Assembly: GCA_903919925.1 (NCBI GenBank)
Contig: CAIXKO010000623.1
Coordinates: forward strand, 1 to 60,972
DNA from: an uncultured Bacteroidota bacterium
GTDB taxonomy: Bacteria > Bacteroidota > Bacteroidia > Bacteroidales > UBA12481
DNA length: 60,972 nt
Direction: 5' to 3'
Position 1 is the first letter of the stretch. Every line of letters starts with the position of its first letter. This document shows positions 28,263-36,304 of the stretch, piece after piece. Under the pieces are notes generated by a model, which saw only the letters and a program-made list of their open reading frames with translations, was not told the DNA's origin and ran no database searches. Both the position numbers and the translations under genes were made by a program.

Positions 28263-28279
28263 CGATAAACAACTGTAAA

Positions 28280-30538
28280 ATGAAATGTGCTGAAAATCAC
28301 TGTTTGCAAAAATGGCTGCTGGTATTGGGTTTTCTTCTTATTCCCATGATTTTACCCGGGCAATCAAAGCTGTTGCCGGTCCAATATGTAAATCCGTTTA
28401 TCGGTACCGAAAATGGCGGCAATGTTTTTTTGGGCGCTGCAGTGCCTTTTGGCCTGGTAAAACCGGGACCCGATTGCGGAAACAACGATAACAATTCGGG
28501 TTACCGGCAAGAGGGGAACATCAATGGTTTCAGCCATACCCACGTGAGTGGTACCGGTGGAGGCGCCAAATACGGGAACATACTTCTCCTGCCAACAACA
28601 GGTGATATCCGGATCAAAGGTTCAGGTTCACCACGGTCAGGCGAGGAAGCTTATGCCGGTTACTACTCGGTATTTTTGTCGCGCTATCAGGTTAAAGCAG
28701 AGCTGACTGCAACTCGCAGTACCGGCTTTCACCGATATACATTCACCAACCCCCAATCCGGGAATGTATTGATAGATGCAGGGCATTTCCTGGATTTTGG
28801 ACACGATTGGGGTGAGGCACAGGAATTTGTTGGCAGTGAGCTCCATATTCTTTCAAATACCGAAATCGCAGGGTACAGCCGCATCCGGGGCGGGTGGAAC
28901 AAGGGAGGTGCATATACCGTGTATTTTTATGCGGTTTTTAACCAGGAATCGATCCGGTCGGGCACCTGGAAAAACGAAACGCTGCATCCCGGGGTGTTAG
29001 ATCAGCCTGATACCGGCGACAAAACAGGAGCCTGGTTTTCATTCAACTCTTCATCGGGAGGCCCGGTGCTGGTTAAAGTTGGAATATCGTTTATCAGTTC
29101 AGGCAAAGCAAAACTCAATGCAGATCAGGAGATCCCGGGCTGGGATTTTGACGCAATCTGCAAACAAACATCCGAAACCTGGAACAGCCTGCTGTCAAAA
29201 GTAGAGGTTGACGGCGGATCAGAATATTATAAATCAATGCTTTACACAGGATTGTATCATTCCATGCTGATGCCAACCCAACGATCGGGGGAAAATCCGA
29301 AGTGGAAATCAACAGAGCCTTATTATGACGATTACTATGCCATCTGGGATACCTATCGTACCACATCACCGCTGCTCACCCTGATTTTGCCGGATACTCA
29401 GCGCGATATGATCCGGTCGATGATCGATATTTACCGTTTTGACGGGTACCTGCCCGATGCCAGGAGCGGCAACGATAATGGCCGGACCCAGGGCGGTAGC
29501 AACAGCGACATGGTTATTGCAGATGCTTTTGTGAAAGGGCTTAAGGGTATCGACTATGAAATTGCACTGCAGGCAATGATCAAAAATGCTGAGGTTCCGC
29601 CCGGTGGAAATGAGCAAAAGGAAGGCAGGGGAGGAATTGAAGATTACAACACAATCGGCTATGTTTCCACCAACCACGAACGTGCAGGCACCCGGACGAT
29701 GGAATATGCGGCTTGTGATTTTGCTATCGCTACCCTGGCAAAAGGTTTGGGGAAAACTGACCTTTACGAAAAATACCTGAAACGATCATCCAACTGGACG
29801 AACCTCTGGCGGCCTGTTGAATCCTTTGGAGCATCAGGATTCATCTGGCCCCGGAAAAGAGATGGAACCTGGGAAGAGAATTTCAACACCCTGCAGCCCG
29901 GAAGCTGGGGCGATTTCTTCTACGAGAGCCAGTCGTGGGAAATATCTTTATATGTGCCCCACAATGTTCCGGGACTGATCGCCAAATGCGGCGGAGCTGA
30001 AAAATTTGAAACCAGGCTCGACACGTTTTTTATTAACAGCCGTCCCAACCGGCAAGGGTGGATGGATTTTTACAACGTGAATAATGAACCGGGCTTTTTA
30101 ACGCCGATGCTCTATCATTATATCGGGAAACCCGATAAAAGCAGTGAGCGGATCAGGCAAATCATTCAAGCATACTTTTCTATCAACCGTAATGGATTAC
30201 CCGGGAACGATGACTCCGGAGCCATGTCCTCCTGGCTGGTATTTCATCTGATGGGATTTTTTCCGGTGGCGGGTCAGGATATATATCTCATTGGAGCGCC
30301 TCATTTCCCAAAAACGACCATTGACCTCGGGAATGGAAAAGAATTTAAAGTTATCGCCAAAAACCTGAGCGAAAAAAACAGATTCATCCAATCGGCCACT
30401 TTGAACGGGCAACCCATTGACCGTGCCTGGTTCAGGCATACTGAAATCTCCAATGGAGGAACTTTAACACTTGTGATGGGAGAAAGTGCTGCATACTGGG
30501 GCTCATCTGGTCTCCCGCCAACAGATCCCACTGAATAA
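28280..30538 (+). CDS. Glycoside hydrolase family 92 (alpha-mannosidase family)
   Basis: VQYVNPFIGTENGGNVFLGAAVPFGLVKPGPDC, HTHVSGTGGG and GNDDSGAMSSWLVFHLMGFFPV are GH92 hallmarks. I moved the start to ATG 28280, which gives signal peptide MKCAENHCLQKWLLVLGFLLIPMILPG. The ORF-track start 28115 runs through the upstream element. Confidence 0.88.
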   Translation: MKCAENHCLQKWLLVLGFLLIPMILPGQSKLLPVQYVNPFIGTENGGNVFLGAAVPFGLVKPGPDCGNNDNNSGYRQEGNINGFSHTHVSGTGGGAKYGNILLLPTTGDIRIKGSGSPRSGEEAYAGYYSVFLSRYQVKAELTATRSTGFHRYTFTNPQSGNVLIDAGHFLDFGHDWGEAQEFVGSELHILSNTEIAGYSRIRGGWNKGGAYTVYFYAVFNQESIRSGTWKNETLHPGVLDQPDTGDKTGAWFSFNSSSGGPVLVKVGISFISSGKAKLNADQEIPGWDFDAICKQTSETWNSLLSKVEVDGGSEYYKSMLYTGLYHSMLMPTQRSGENPKWKSTEPYYDDYYAIWDTYRTTSPLLTLILPDTQRDMIRSMIDIYRFDGYLPDARSGNDNGRTQGGSNSDMVIADAFVKGLKGIDYEIALQAMIKNAEVPPGGNEQKEGRGGIEDYNTIGYVSTNHERAGTRTMEYAACDFAIATLAKGLGKTDLYEKYLKRSSNWTNLWRPVESFGASGFIWPRKRDGTWEENFNTLQPGSWGDFFYESQSWEISLYVPHNVPGLIAKCGGAEKFETRLDTFFINSRPNRQGWMDFYNVNNEPGFLTPMLYHYIGKPDKSSERIRQIIQAYFSINRNGLPGNDDSGAMSSWLVFHLMGFFPVAGQDIYLIGAPHFPKTTIDLGNGKEFKVIAKNLSEKNRFIQSATLNGQPIDRAWFRHTEISNGGTLTLVMGESAAYWGSSGLPPTDPTE

Positions 30539-30553
30539 AATGTTGGAAAGTTC

Positions 30554-30638
30554 CATTTTTTACCCTTCTTCGCAAGAATTTTCATCCCTCCCCTGATTTC
30601 CCGCAATCTATCTTTCAGGCTCAGATTTAACAAGAAAA
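30554..30638 (+). promoter_or_regulatory. Copy C of the conserved upstream element, in front of the GH63-like gene
   Basis: cattttttacccttcttcgcaagaattttcatccctcccctgatttcccgcaatctatctttcaggctcagatttaacaagaaaa. It has TATCTTTC at 30609-30616, 33 nt before ATG 30650. Confidence 0.5.
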
Positions 30639-30649
30639 TACTGACCCTG

Positions 30650-32485
30650 ATGCCTCTTCAAAACATCGATTTACATCAGCAATACCGGGCACTCCAGGCA
30701 CAGCTAGCCTCTGGCTGGAATACCTGGAACACCAAAAGCGTGCTCAGCCATGTTCTCCTGCCGTATGGTTTCAATATCCAGATCTGCATAAAAAACACAT
30801 TTATATCAGGAAATCAGTATCTTAAAGATTCCTATATCTCATCGAAAGAGGCCCGGCCCGAGAAGATCACTCCTGGTTACCATGCATATAATGGAAGCTA
30901 TACAGCGTTGCAGGTTGAATTTGAGGGCACGGTGGTAAAAGTGGAAACCGGTCATGATGCAGAAGATCTGCTTATTTTGATCACTCCGGAGAAGCTCGCG
31001 TGGAAAAATCCCCATATCGTACTGGAAACCGGCATGCTTTGGAACAAACCGGGTGAAGTGCGCAAAAAGAAGAATCAGGTTATTGCTCAATTTGCCGATA
31101 ACCAGATTTCTGTTAGTTCAACAGCCACTGTGCTGGAAGATTTTTTGCCCGTAAATGGTCCTTACCTGAGTGTGGAACTCAACGGAACAATAGGATTTTA
31201 CACCGGCCGGCAACGCAACCTGGAAGAGATCGGGTTAATCATTTCCGATAAAAGGAACCTTTATGATTCCGCATTAAAAGCTTATGCTCCACTGGAAGAT
31301 ACTTACGAGGCGCTGCAAAGTGTGATTGCCTGGAACGTGATTTACGAACCTTTTGGCGACCGGGTAATTTTTCCGGTGAGCCGGTTGTGGAACGATTTTT
31401 TTGGCGGTCCGTTCGTCCTTTTCGATTGGGATACCTTTCTGGGAGCCTGGATGGCCTCGCTTGGCAGCCGGGAGCTGGCTTATGCCAATGCGGTTGAAAT
31501 TACCAAACATATTACCCCGGGCGGTTTTATTCCCAACTATGCGGGGGGGTATGGCCTGGGTTCCCCCGATCGGTCGCAACCACCCATCGGAAGCCGGGTA
31601 TTCCTGGAGTTGTATAAGAAATTTAAGGAGGCCTGGATTCTGGAATACGTATTTGATGATCTGTTACGATGGAACCGGTGGTGGAATGAAAAGCGGAATA
31701 CCAATGGGTTTCTGTGCTGGGGATCGGACCCCCTGCCTGAACCAAACAATGGCGATTGCAATAACTGGCAGGCGGCAGCTTACGAAACCGGACTCGACAA
31801 TTCGCCCATGTATGACGGAATTCCATTCAATACGGAAACCCATAAAATGGAACTGGCCGATGTGGGATTGATGGGAATGTATGTGATGGATTGCGACTGT
31901 CTGTTTGAAATCGCAACAGTAATCGGCCGTAAAACGGAAGCTGAAGAACTGGCGATAAGAAGCAGCGCGTTCAACCGTAAGTTAAAAGCATTGTGGAGTG
32001 ATGAAAATGGGATTTTCCTCAATAAACGCACCGATACCGGGGCGTTCAGCCATAAACTTTCCCCCACACTTTTTTATGCCATGCTTTCCAAAGCACCCTC
32101 TCAGGCCCAGGCTGAGCGGATGATCAATGAACATTTCATGAATCCGGATGAATTTTTGGGGGATTGGATCATCCCTTCGATATCACGCAACGATCCTGCT
32201 TTTGCTGAGCAGGGGTACTGGCGGGGAAGAATCTGGGGACCGATGAATTTCCTGGTTTATCTGGGGCTTAAAAACTATGATTTACCGGAAGCCACTCAAT
32301 TAATGATTGAGAAATCCAATGCATTGCTGATGAATACCTGGCAAAAAAACAAGATGGTACATGAAAATTACAACGGTATTTCAGGCAATGGCAGAAACGC
32401 GGACGAGCGGATCAACCTGAGCGATTCCTACTACCATTGGGGTGCGTTGCTGGGGTTTATGGCGCTGCTGGAGGTTTCAGAATAA
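30650..32485 (+). CDS. GH63-like (YgjK / MGH-type) (alpha/alpha)6 glycoside hydrolase, cytoplasmic
   Basis: AFAEQGYWRGRIWGPMNFLVYLGLKNY...VHENYNGISG...YYHWGALL is colinear with the E. coli YgjK C-terminus as I recall it (YWRGRVW...QENYNPLTG...FSWSAA). It also has FDWDTFLGAWMA and YETGLDNSPMYD. No signal peptide (MPLQNIDLHQQY). Confidence 0.7.
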   Translation: MPLQNIDLHQQYRALQAQLASGWNTWNTKSVLSHVLLPYGFNIQICIKNTFISGNQYLKDSYISSKEARPEKITPGYHAYNGSYTALQVEFEGTVVKVETGHDAEDLLILITPEKLAWKNPHIVLETGMLWNKPGEVRKKKNQVIAQFADNQISVSSTATVLEDFLPVNGPYLSVELNGTIGFYTGRQRNLEEIGLIISDKRNLYDSALKAYAPLEDTYEALQSVIAWNVIYEPFGDRVIFPVSRLWNDFFGGPFVLFDWDTFLGAWMASLGSRELAYANAVEITKHITPGGFIPNYAGGYGLGSPDRSQPPIGSRVFLELYKKFKEAWILEYVFDDLLRWNRWWNEKRNTNGFLCWGSDPLPEPNNGDCNNWQAAAYETGLDNSPMYDGIPFNTETHKMELADVGLMGMYVMDCDCLFEIATVIGRKTEAEELAIRSSAFNRKLKALWSDENGIFLNKRTDTGAFSHKLSPTLFYAMLSKAPSQAQAERMINEHFMNPDEFLGDWIIPSISRNDPAFAEQGYWRGRIWGPMNFLVYLGLKNYDLPEATQLMIEKSNALLMNTWQKNKMVHENYNGISGNGRNADERINLSDSYYHWGALLGFMALLEVSE

Positions 32486-32543
32486 TCAGAAGGTCATTTC
32501 CGGAAAAATCAACGAAACATCATGATAAATAACTTGTTATGAA

Positions 32544-32607
32544 GTACCAACCCCCTGGCCCCTCCCTGAAAAAGGGAGGGGGAATGAGCAATAAATTCCC
32601 TTCGGAG
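32544..32607 (+). repeat. GC-rich hairpin element, copy 1
   Basis: agtaccaaccccctggcccctccctgaaaaagggagggggaatgagcaataaattcccttcggag. By hand alignment it is ~90% identical to 36152-36216. The core hairpin is CCCCTCCCT-gaaaa-AGGGAGGGG. Confidence 0.8.
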
Positions 32608-32677
32608 GTTGGAGAGGGTAATTAATGACCGATTATATAGTAGTCACCAGAAAAGCAATAATCTAATTCAAAACAAT

Positions 32678-33910
32678 ATGATTCGCCCATTTTATTTCTT
32701 TTTTAATGCGGCATTAAGCATTATTTCTTCCTTTTTGCCTGTCTATCTCGAATCAAGAGGGTTTTCCGGTACCCAGATAGCGAATATTATGGCACTGGAT
32801 TCCATTATTGCTATACTGGGTATCAGTATATTATGGGGTTATCTTTCCGATAGGACCCAAAAACCCGCAATGATACTTCAAATACTTGCTTTGGGAACTG
32901 CCCTGTCCTTTATTCCGATACTCTTTGGAGGATCAGCGTATTATCTGGTGTTTCTAGGCTATTTGATATTTGGATTCTTTAGCTGTCCAATCGGGGGCAT
33001 CTCCGATTCGCTGGCCGTTGTGCATGCCCGGGATAAAGGCATCGATTTCGGCAAAATCCGGGTGTGGGGTTCTATCGGCTGGCTGTCATCAACCCTTTTG
33101 GTAGGTTTTTGGCTGGCAGCAAAGGGTACCGATATTCCGGTTAAAAGCTTTAATGATGCAGTGGAAGTTGCCAAAGCAATGTTTGCCGGAAAAGGAATAA
33201 ACTGGAACGATCCGATTGTGATTGTATTGGTTATTTGCGGCTTTGCCGTCACCTTTTTAACCACTCTTGGATTTAGTAATGCCAAAAAGGGAGAAACAAA
33301 GAAAGATTCCAGACCCGGGTTTTCCGATCTGAAGTTAATACTGAAGAACAGGTACTTCCTGATCTTCCTGATCGTGGTTGCCCTGCACATGCTATGCCTC
33401 AAATCGTTTTACTTCCTCTTTGGCATACATGTCAAGAATTTAGAGATGAGTCCAACTATTCTGAGTATTGCATTTTCAGTTGGAACCCTGGCTGAAATCC
33501 TGGCATTTTCCATTTTTGGCTGGCTTCGCAAATATTTCCGCTTAGAGATATTAATAGCCATCGCAACTGGAATCAGCTTGTTGCGCTGGGCTTTACTGGC
33601 CAACACTGAATCAGTTGGACTGCTTATCTTTAGTCAGTTACTGCATGCTGCCACTTCGGGCATATTCATCGCGGCAGCCGTTTCCTTTGTTGCCAATGCC
33701 GCCGAGCCTAAATTATTGGTTACCTACCAGCAGGTGTATTATTATGCCATGTTTATCGGAAATTTAATCGGAACGTATGCATCCGGATTTATTTATGAGG
33801 GATTTAATAAAAGTGCCATTCCGGTATTTTATGTGATGAGTGCCGTAGAGCTCCTTGCCATGATGTTCATTTTACTATCCATGCGTTTGCCCAAAAACCC
33901 CACCGCCTAA
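32678..33910 (+). CDS. MFS transporter (probable oligosaccharide:H+ symporter type)
   Basis: About 12 hydrophobic segments over 410 aa (e.g. FFFNAALSIISSFLPVYL, AILGISILWGYL, LIFSQLLHAATSGIFIAAAVSFV). I moved the start to ATG 32678; the ORF-track start 32609 is TTG. Confidence 0.8.
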   Translation: MIRPFYFFFNAALSIISSFLPVYLESRGFSGTQIANIMALDSIIAILGISILWGYLSDRTQKPAMILQILALGTALSFIPILFGGSAYYLVFLGYLIFGFFSCPIGGISDSLAVVHARDKGIDFGKIRVWGSIGWLSSTLLVGFWLAAKGTDIPVKSFNDAVEVAKAMFAGKGINWNDPIVIVLVICGFAVTFLTTLGFSNAKKGETKKDSRPGFSDLKLILKNRYFLIFLIVVALHMLCLKSFYFLFGIHVKNLEMSPTILSIAFSVGTLAEILAFSIFGWLRKYFRLEILIAIATGISLLRWALLANTESVGLLIFSQLLHAATSGIFIAAAVSFVANAAEPKLLVTYQQVYYYAMFIGNLIGTYASGFIYEGFNKSAIPVFYVMSAVELLAMMFILLSMRLPKNPTA

Positions 33911-33915
33911 CCCCA

Positions 33916-33986
33916 TCAACCCTTGAGTCCCTCAACCCTTCAACCAATCAACCCTTCAACCCTTCAACCAACAACCCCTCAACAAT
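33916..33986 (+). repeat. Octamer microsatellite (TCAACCMW)x9 filling the MFS / beta-helix intergenic spacer
   Basis: Units: tcaaccct tgagtccc tcaaccct tcaaccaa tcaaccct tcaaccct tcaaccaa caacccc tcaacaat. The last unit abuts ATG 33987. Confidence 0.9.
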
Positions 33987-36107
33987 ATGCCCCAATACTA
34001 CCTCTCAACCACCGGCAACGATGCCAATAACGGCCTTTCAGCAGACAGCTCCTGGAAAACCATCGCCAAAGTAAATACCATGTCGCTGAACCCGGGCGAT
34101 GAAGTTCTCTTTCATTGTGGTCAAATATTCCCGGGTGAGTTAATTATCTGTCAATCAGGTACGGAAAGCCAACCCATTTTAATCAGCTCCTGGGGTACCG
34201 GAAACAAACCCATTTTAACTGGGGCAATTCCGGTTACCGGCTGGCATTTGGAGGAAGGCAACCGGTACTCCAGTAATCTGAACCACACAGTTTTCCAACT
34301 GTTTGTAAATGATAGGTTGTACCATCTTGCCCGAATTCCCGCAACCGGATTTTTCCCGATCGAAAAGGGAGATAAATCCAATCTGACGGATAACCGGCAT
34401 CTGAATGTGAAATTTGATCTCGCCGGAGCCACTGCACGGATCAGGGCGGTAAACTGGCAGTACGAAACCGCAAAGGTGGCGGCCCATCACGATGGTACCA
34501 TCACATTTACCGAAAACATGATGTATCAGTGTAATCCCCGGTATGGCTATTTTCTCGATAACAAAGCGGAATTTCTCAATCAGCCGGGACAATGGTTCCG
34601 GGACGAATTATCACAGAAAATCAGTATTATCCCTTTAGCTCAGGAAAATCCTGATCTTCAGAAAGTGGAAGCTACCATTTATCAAAATGGGATAACGATT
34701 TCTGAAGGGGTAAAATATATCAGGATCAGCGGCCTCCAGCTGGAGAAATATGAAAATGCCGCCATTTCAGGGTTGAGCAATAGTGGTTACGTCCACATTT
34801 CGGATTGCCGTATCCAGGATATTAACGTGTATGGAATTTGTCTGGATATTAATTCCGGCCATTACACCATTGCGAACAACGCCATCACCGATATCCGCGG
34901 ACGGGGGATTTCAACCATTGAAAGTAGTTATAATGAAATCACAGGCAATGAGTTGCTGTGTATCGGACTTTATCCGGGATATGGATTCAACGGGGTGAAT
35001 AATGGGGTGGGAATTGCAATATTAAAAACAGAAGTAAAATTCCAGATTAGCCAGTCGACTTTTAATCAATTAAATAAATTAATTATTCCTTCCGATATTT
35101 TAATAAAAATTGCTGAATTAATTGATTTACCCTATCCCGATGAGAAATTTGTGGTGGAAGCGCTTGAAAATAAACTTGGTAAAGAAACTACTGAAAAATA
35201 TAGCCCGCTGATTATGGCATTGGTGAGGGCAGAAGCGATTGCCCAAAAGCTGGAATCAACCCATAACCGGGTGGCATACAACAGGGTTGACAGTACTGGA
35301 TATGCGGGTATCCGTGTGGATGGAAGTAATAGTATTGCTGAATTTAATGTAATCAAAAACACCTTGCTGCACATGAACGATGGCGGGGCCCTGTATTGCT
35401 GGGCTCAAAATGAAGATTATACACACCATAATATTTTTCGGAACAATATCATTATTAATGCAATCGGTAGTTGTGAGGCAACGGCAAATGACCTGGCTTA
35501 TGCGTATGGAATTTATACCGATAACAAATGCCATCACATTACCATCGAAAACAATACGGTGGTGGGAGCAGCAGGCGGAATACTAATCAACGATGAGGGC
35601 CATCATCAGAAAATAGTCGGTAATACCTTATATGATAACCGGTTTGGACTTGTATTCTCGGAGTATTGCAGCCCGGGCACCTTGATAGGCTGTGAAGCTT
35701 ACGGAAATACACTTTTTTGCAGAAAAAGGGATCAGCGGGCCTTGTTCGTGGAATCGCGCGTAAGGGAAGGATTTGTTCCCGGAATTTTGAATAACAACCT
35801 GTACGCCAATCCTTATTATCCGTTTCCAATCATCGCCCTTACTTACCGTAATCAGGTGCGCACCTACCATGAGTATACCCTGGCATCATGGCAAAAGCAT
35901 GATCAGCAGGATGCGGACTCAACAACCATTGCCACAGCAAATCATGATGCAGGAGGACAGCAATCGCTTATCCTGATAAACGAAACCGCCGAAACTAAAT
36001 CTTTTGACATCACCTCTGATTTGCAATATATCGATCTGAAAGGTAATGTATTGGGTAATTGCGTGGAGGTTGCCGCTTTTAGCTCGTTGATAATTTTGCA
36101 GGTGTAA
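33987..36107 (+). CDS. Right-handed parallel beta-helix repeat protein without signal peptide (paralogue of 2958..5009)
   Basis: Starts MPQYYLSTTGNDANNGLSADSSWKTIAKVN. Rung motifs ANNAITDIRGRGIS, EFNVIKNTLLHMNDGGALYCW, RNNIIINAIG, ENNTVVGAAGGILINDEG, VGNTLYDNRFGLVF. There is an in-frame TGA at 33924-33926 and no alternative start between it and the ATG, so no hidden signal peptide. Confidence 0.75.
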   Translation: MPQYYLSTTGNDANNGLSADSSWKTIAKVNTMSLNPGDEVLFHCGQIFPGELIICQSGTESQPILISSWGTGNKPILTGAIPVTGWHLEEGNRYSSNLNHTVFQLFVNDRLYHLARIPATGFFPIEKGDKSNLTDNRHLNVKFDLAGATARIRAVNWQYETAKVAAHHDGTITFTENMMYQCNPRYGYFLDNKAEFLNQPGQWFRDELSQKISIIPLAQENPDLQKVEATIYQNGITISEGVKYIRISGLQLEKYENAAISGLSNSGYVHISDCRIQDINVYGICLDINSGHYTIANNAITDIRGRGISTIESSYNEITGNELLCIGLYPGYGFNGVNNGVGIAILKTEVKFQISQSTFNQLNKLIIPSDILIKIAELIDLPYPDEKFVVEALENKLGKETTEKYSPLIMALVRAEAIAQKLESTHNRVAYNRVDSTGYAGIRVDGSNSIAEFNVIKNTLLHMNDGGALYCWAQNEDYTHHNIFRNNIIINAIGSCEATANDLAYAYGIYTDNKCHHITIENNTVVGAAGGILINDEGHHQKIVGNTLYDNRFGLVFSEYCSPGTLIGCEAYGNTLFCRKRDQRALFVESRVREGFVPGILNNNLYANPYYPFPIIALTYRNQVRTYHEYTLASWQKHDQQDADSTTIATANHDAGGQQSLILINETAETKSFDITSDLQYIDLKGNVLGNCVEVAAFSSLIILQV

Positions 36108-36145
36108 TAGTTTTCAGGCGTATGAATATTTGGCAGATAAATTGT

Positions 36146-36256
36146 CTTAAAGTACCCTCCCCCTGGCCCCCTCCCTGAAAAAGGGAGGGGGAATGAGCAA
36201 TAAAGTTCCCTTGGAGAAAAGCCCCACCGTTTTTCAGGGGGGGTGGGTACTTTAAG
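36146..36256 (+). repeat. GC-rich hairpin element, copy 2, bounded by 12-bp inverted repeats
   Basis: CTTAAAGTACCC (36146-36157) and GGGTACTTTAAG (36245-36256) are perfect inverted repeats. They enclose the shared core (36152-36216, CCCCCTCCCT-gaaaa-AGGGAGGGGG) and a second hairpin, CCCACC...GGTGGG. Confidence 0.8.
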
Positions 36257-36304
36257 TCTTATCGTCCATGGATCTACCTTTCTTAACATCAATTATTTAC
36301 AACA

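Noticed and set aside
28115-28279. A 55-codon N-terminal extension of the GH92 ORF in the ORF track.
   Set aside because: The extension runs through the conserved upstream element and the HigA-remnant flank. The internal ATG at 28280 gives a normal signal peptide immediately before the GH92 core.
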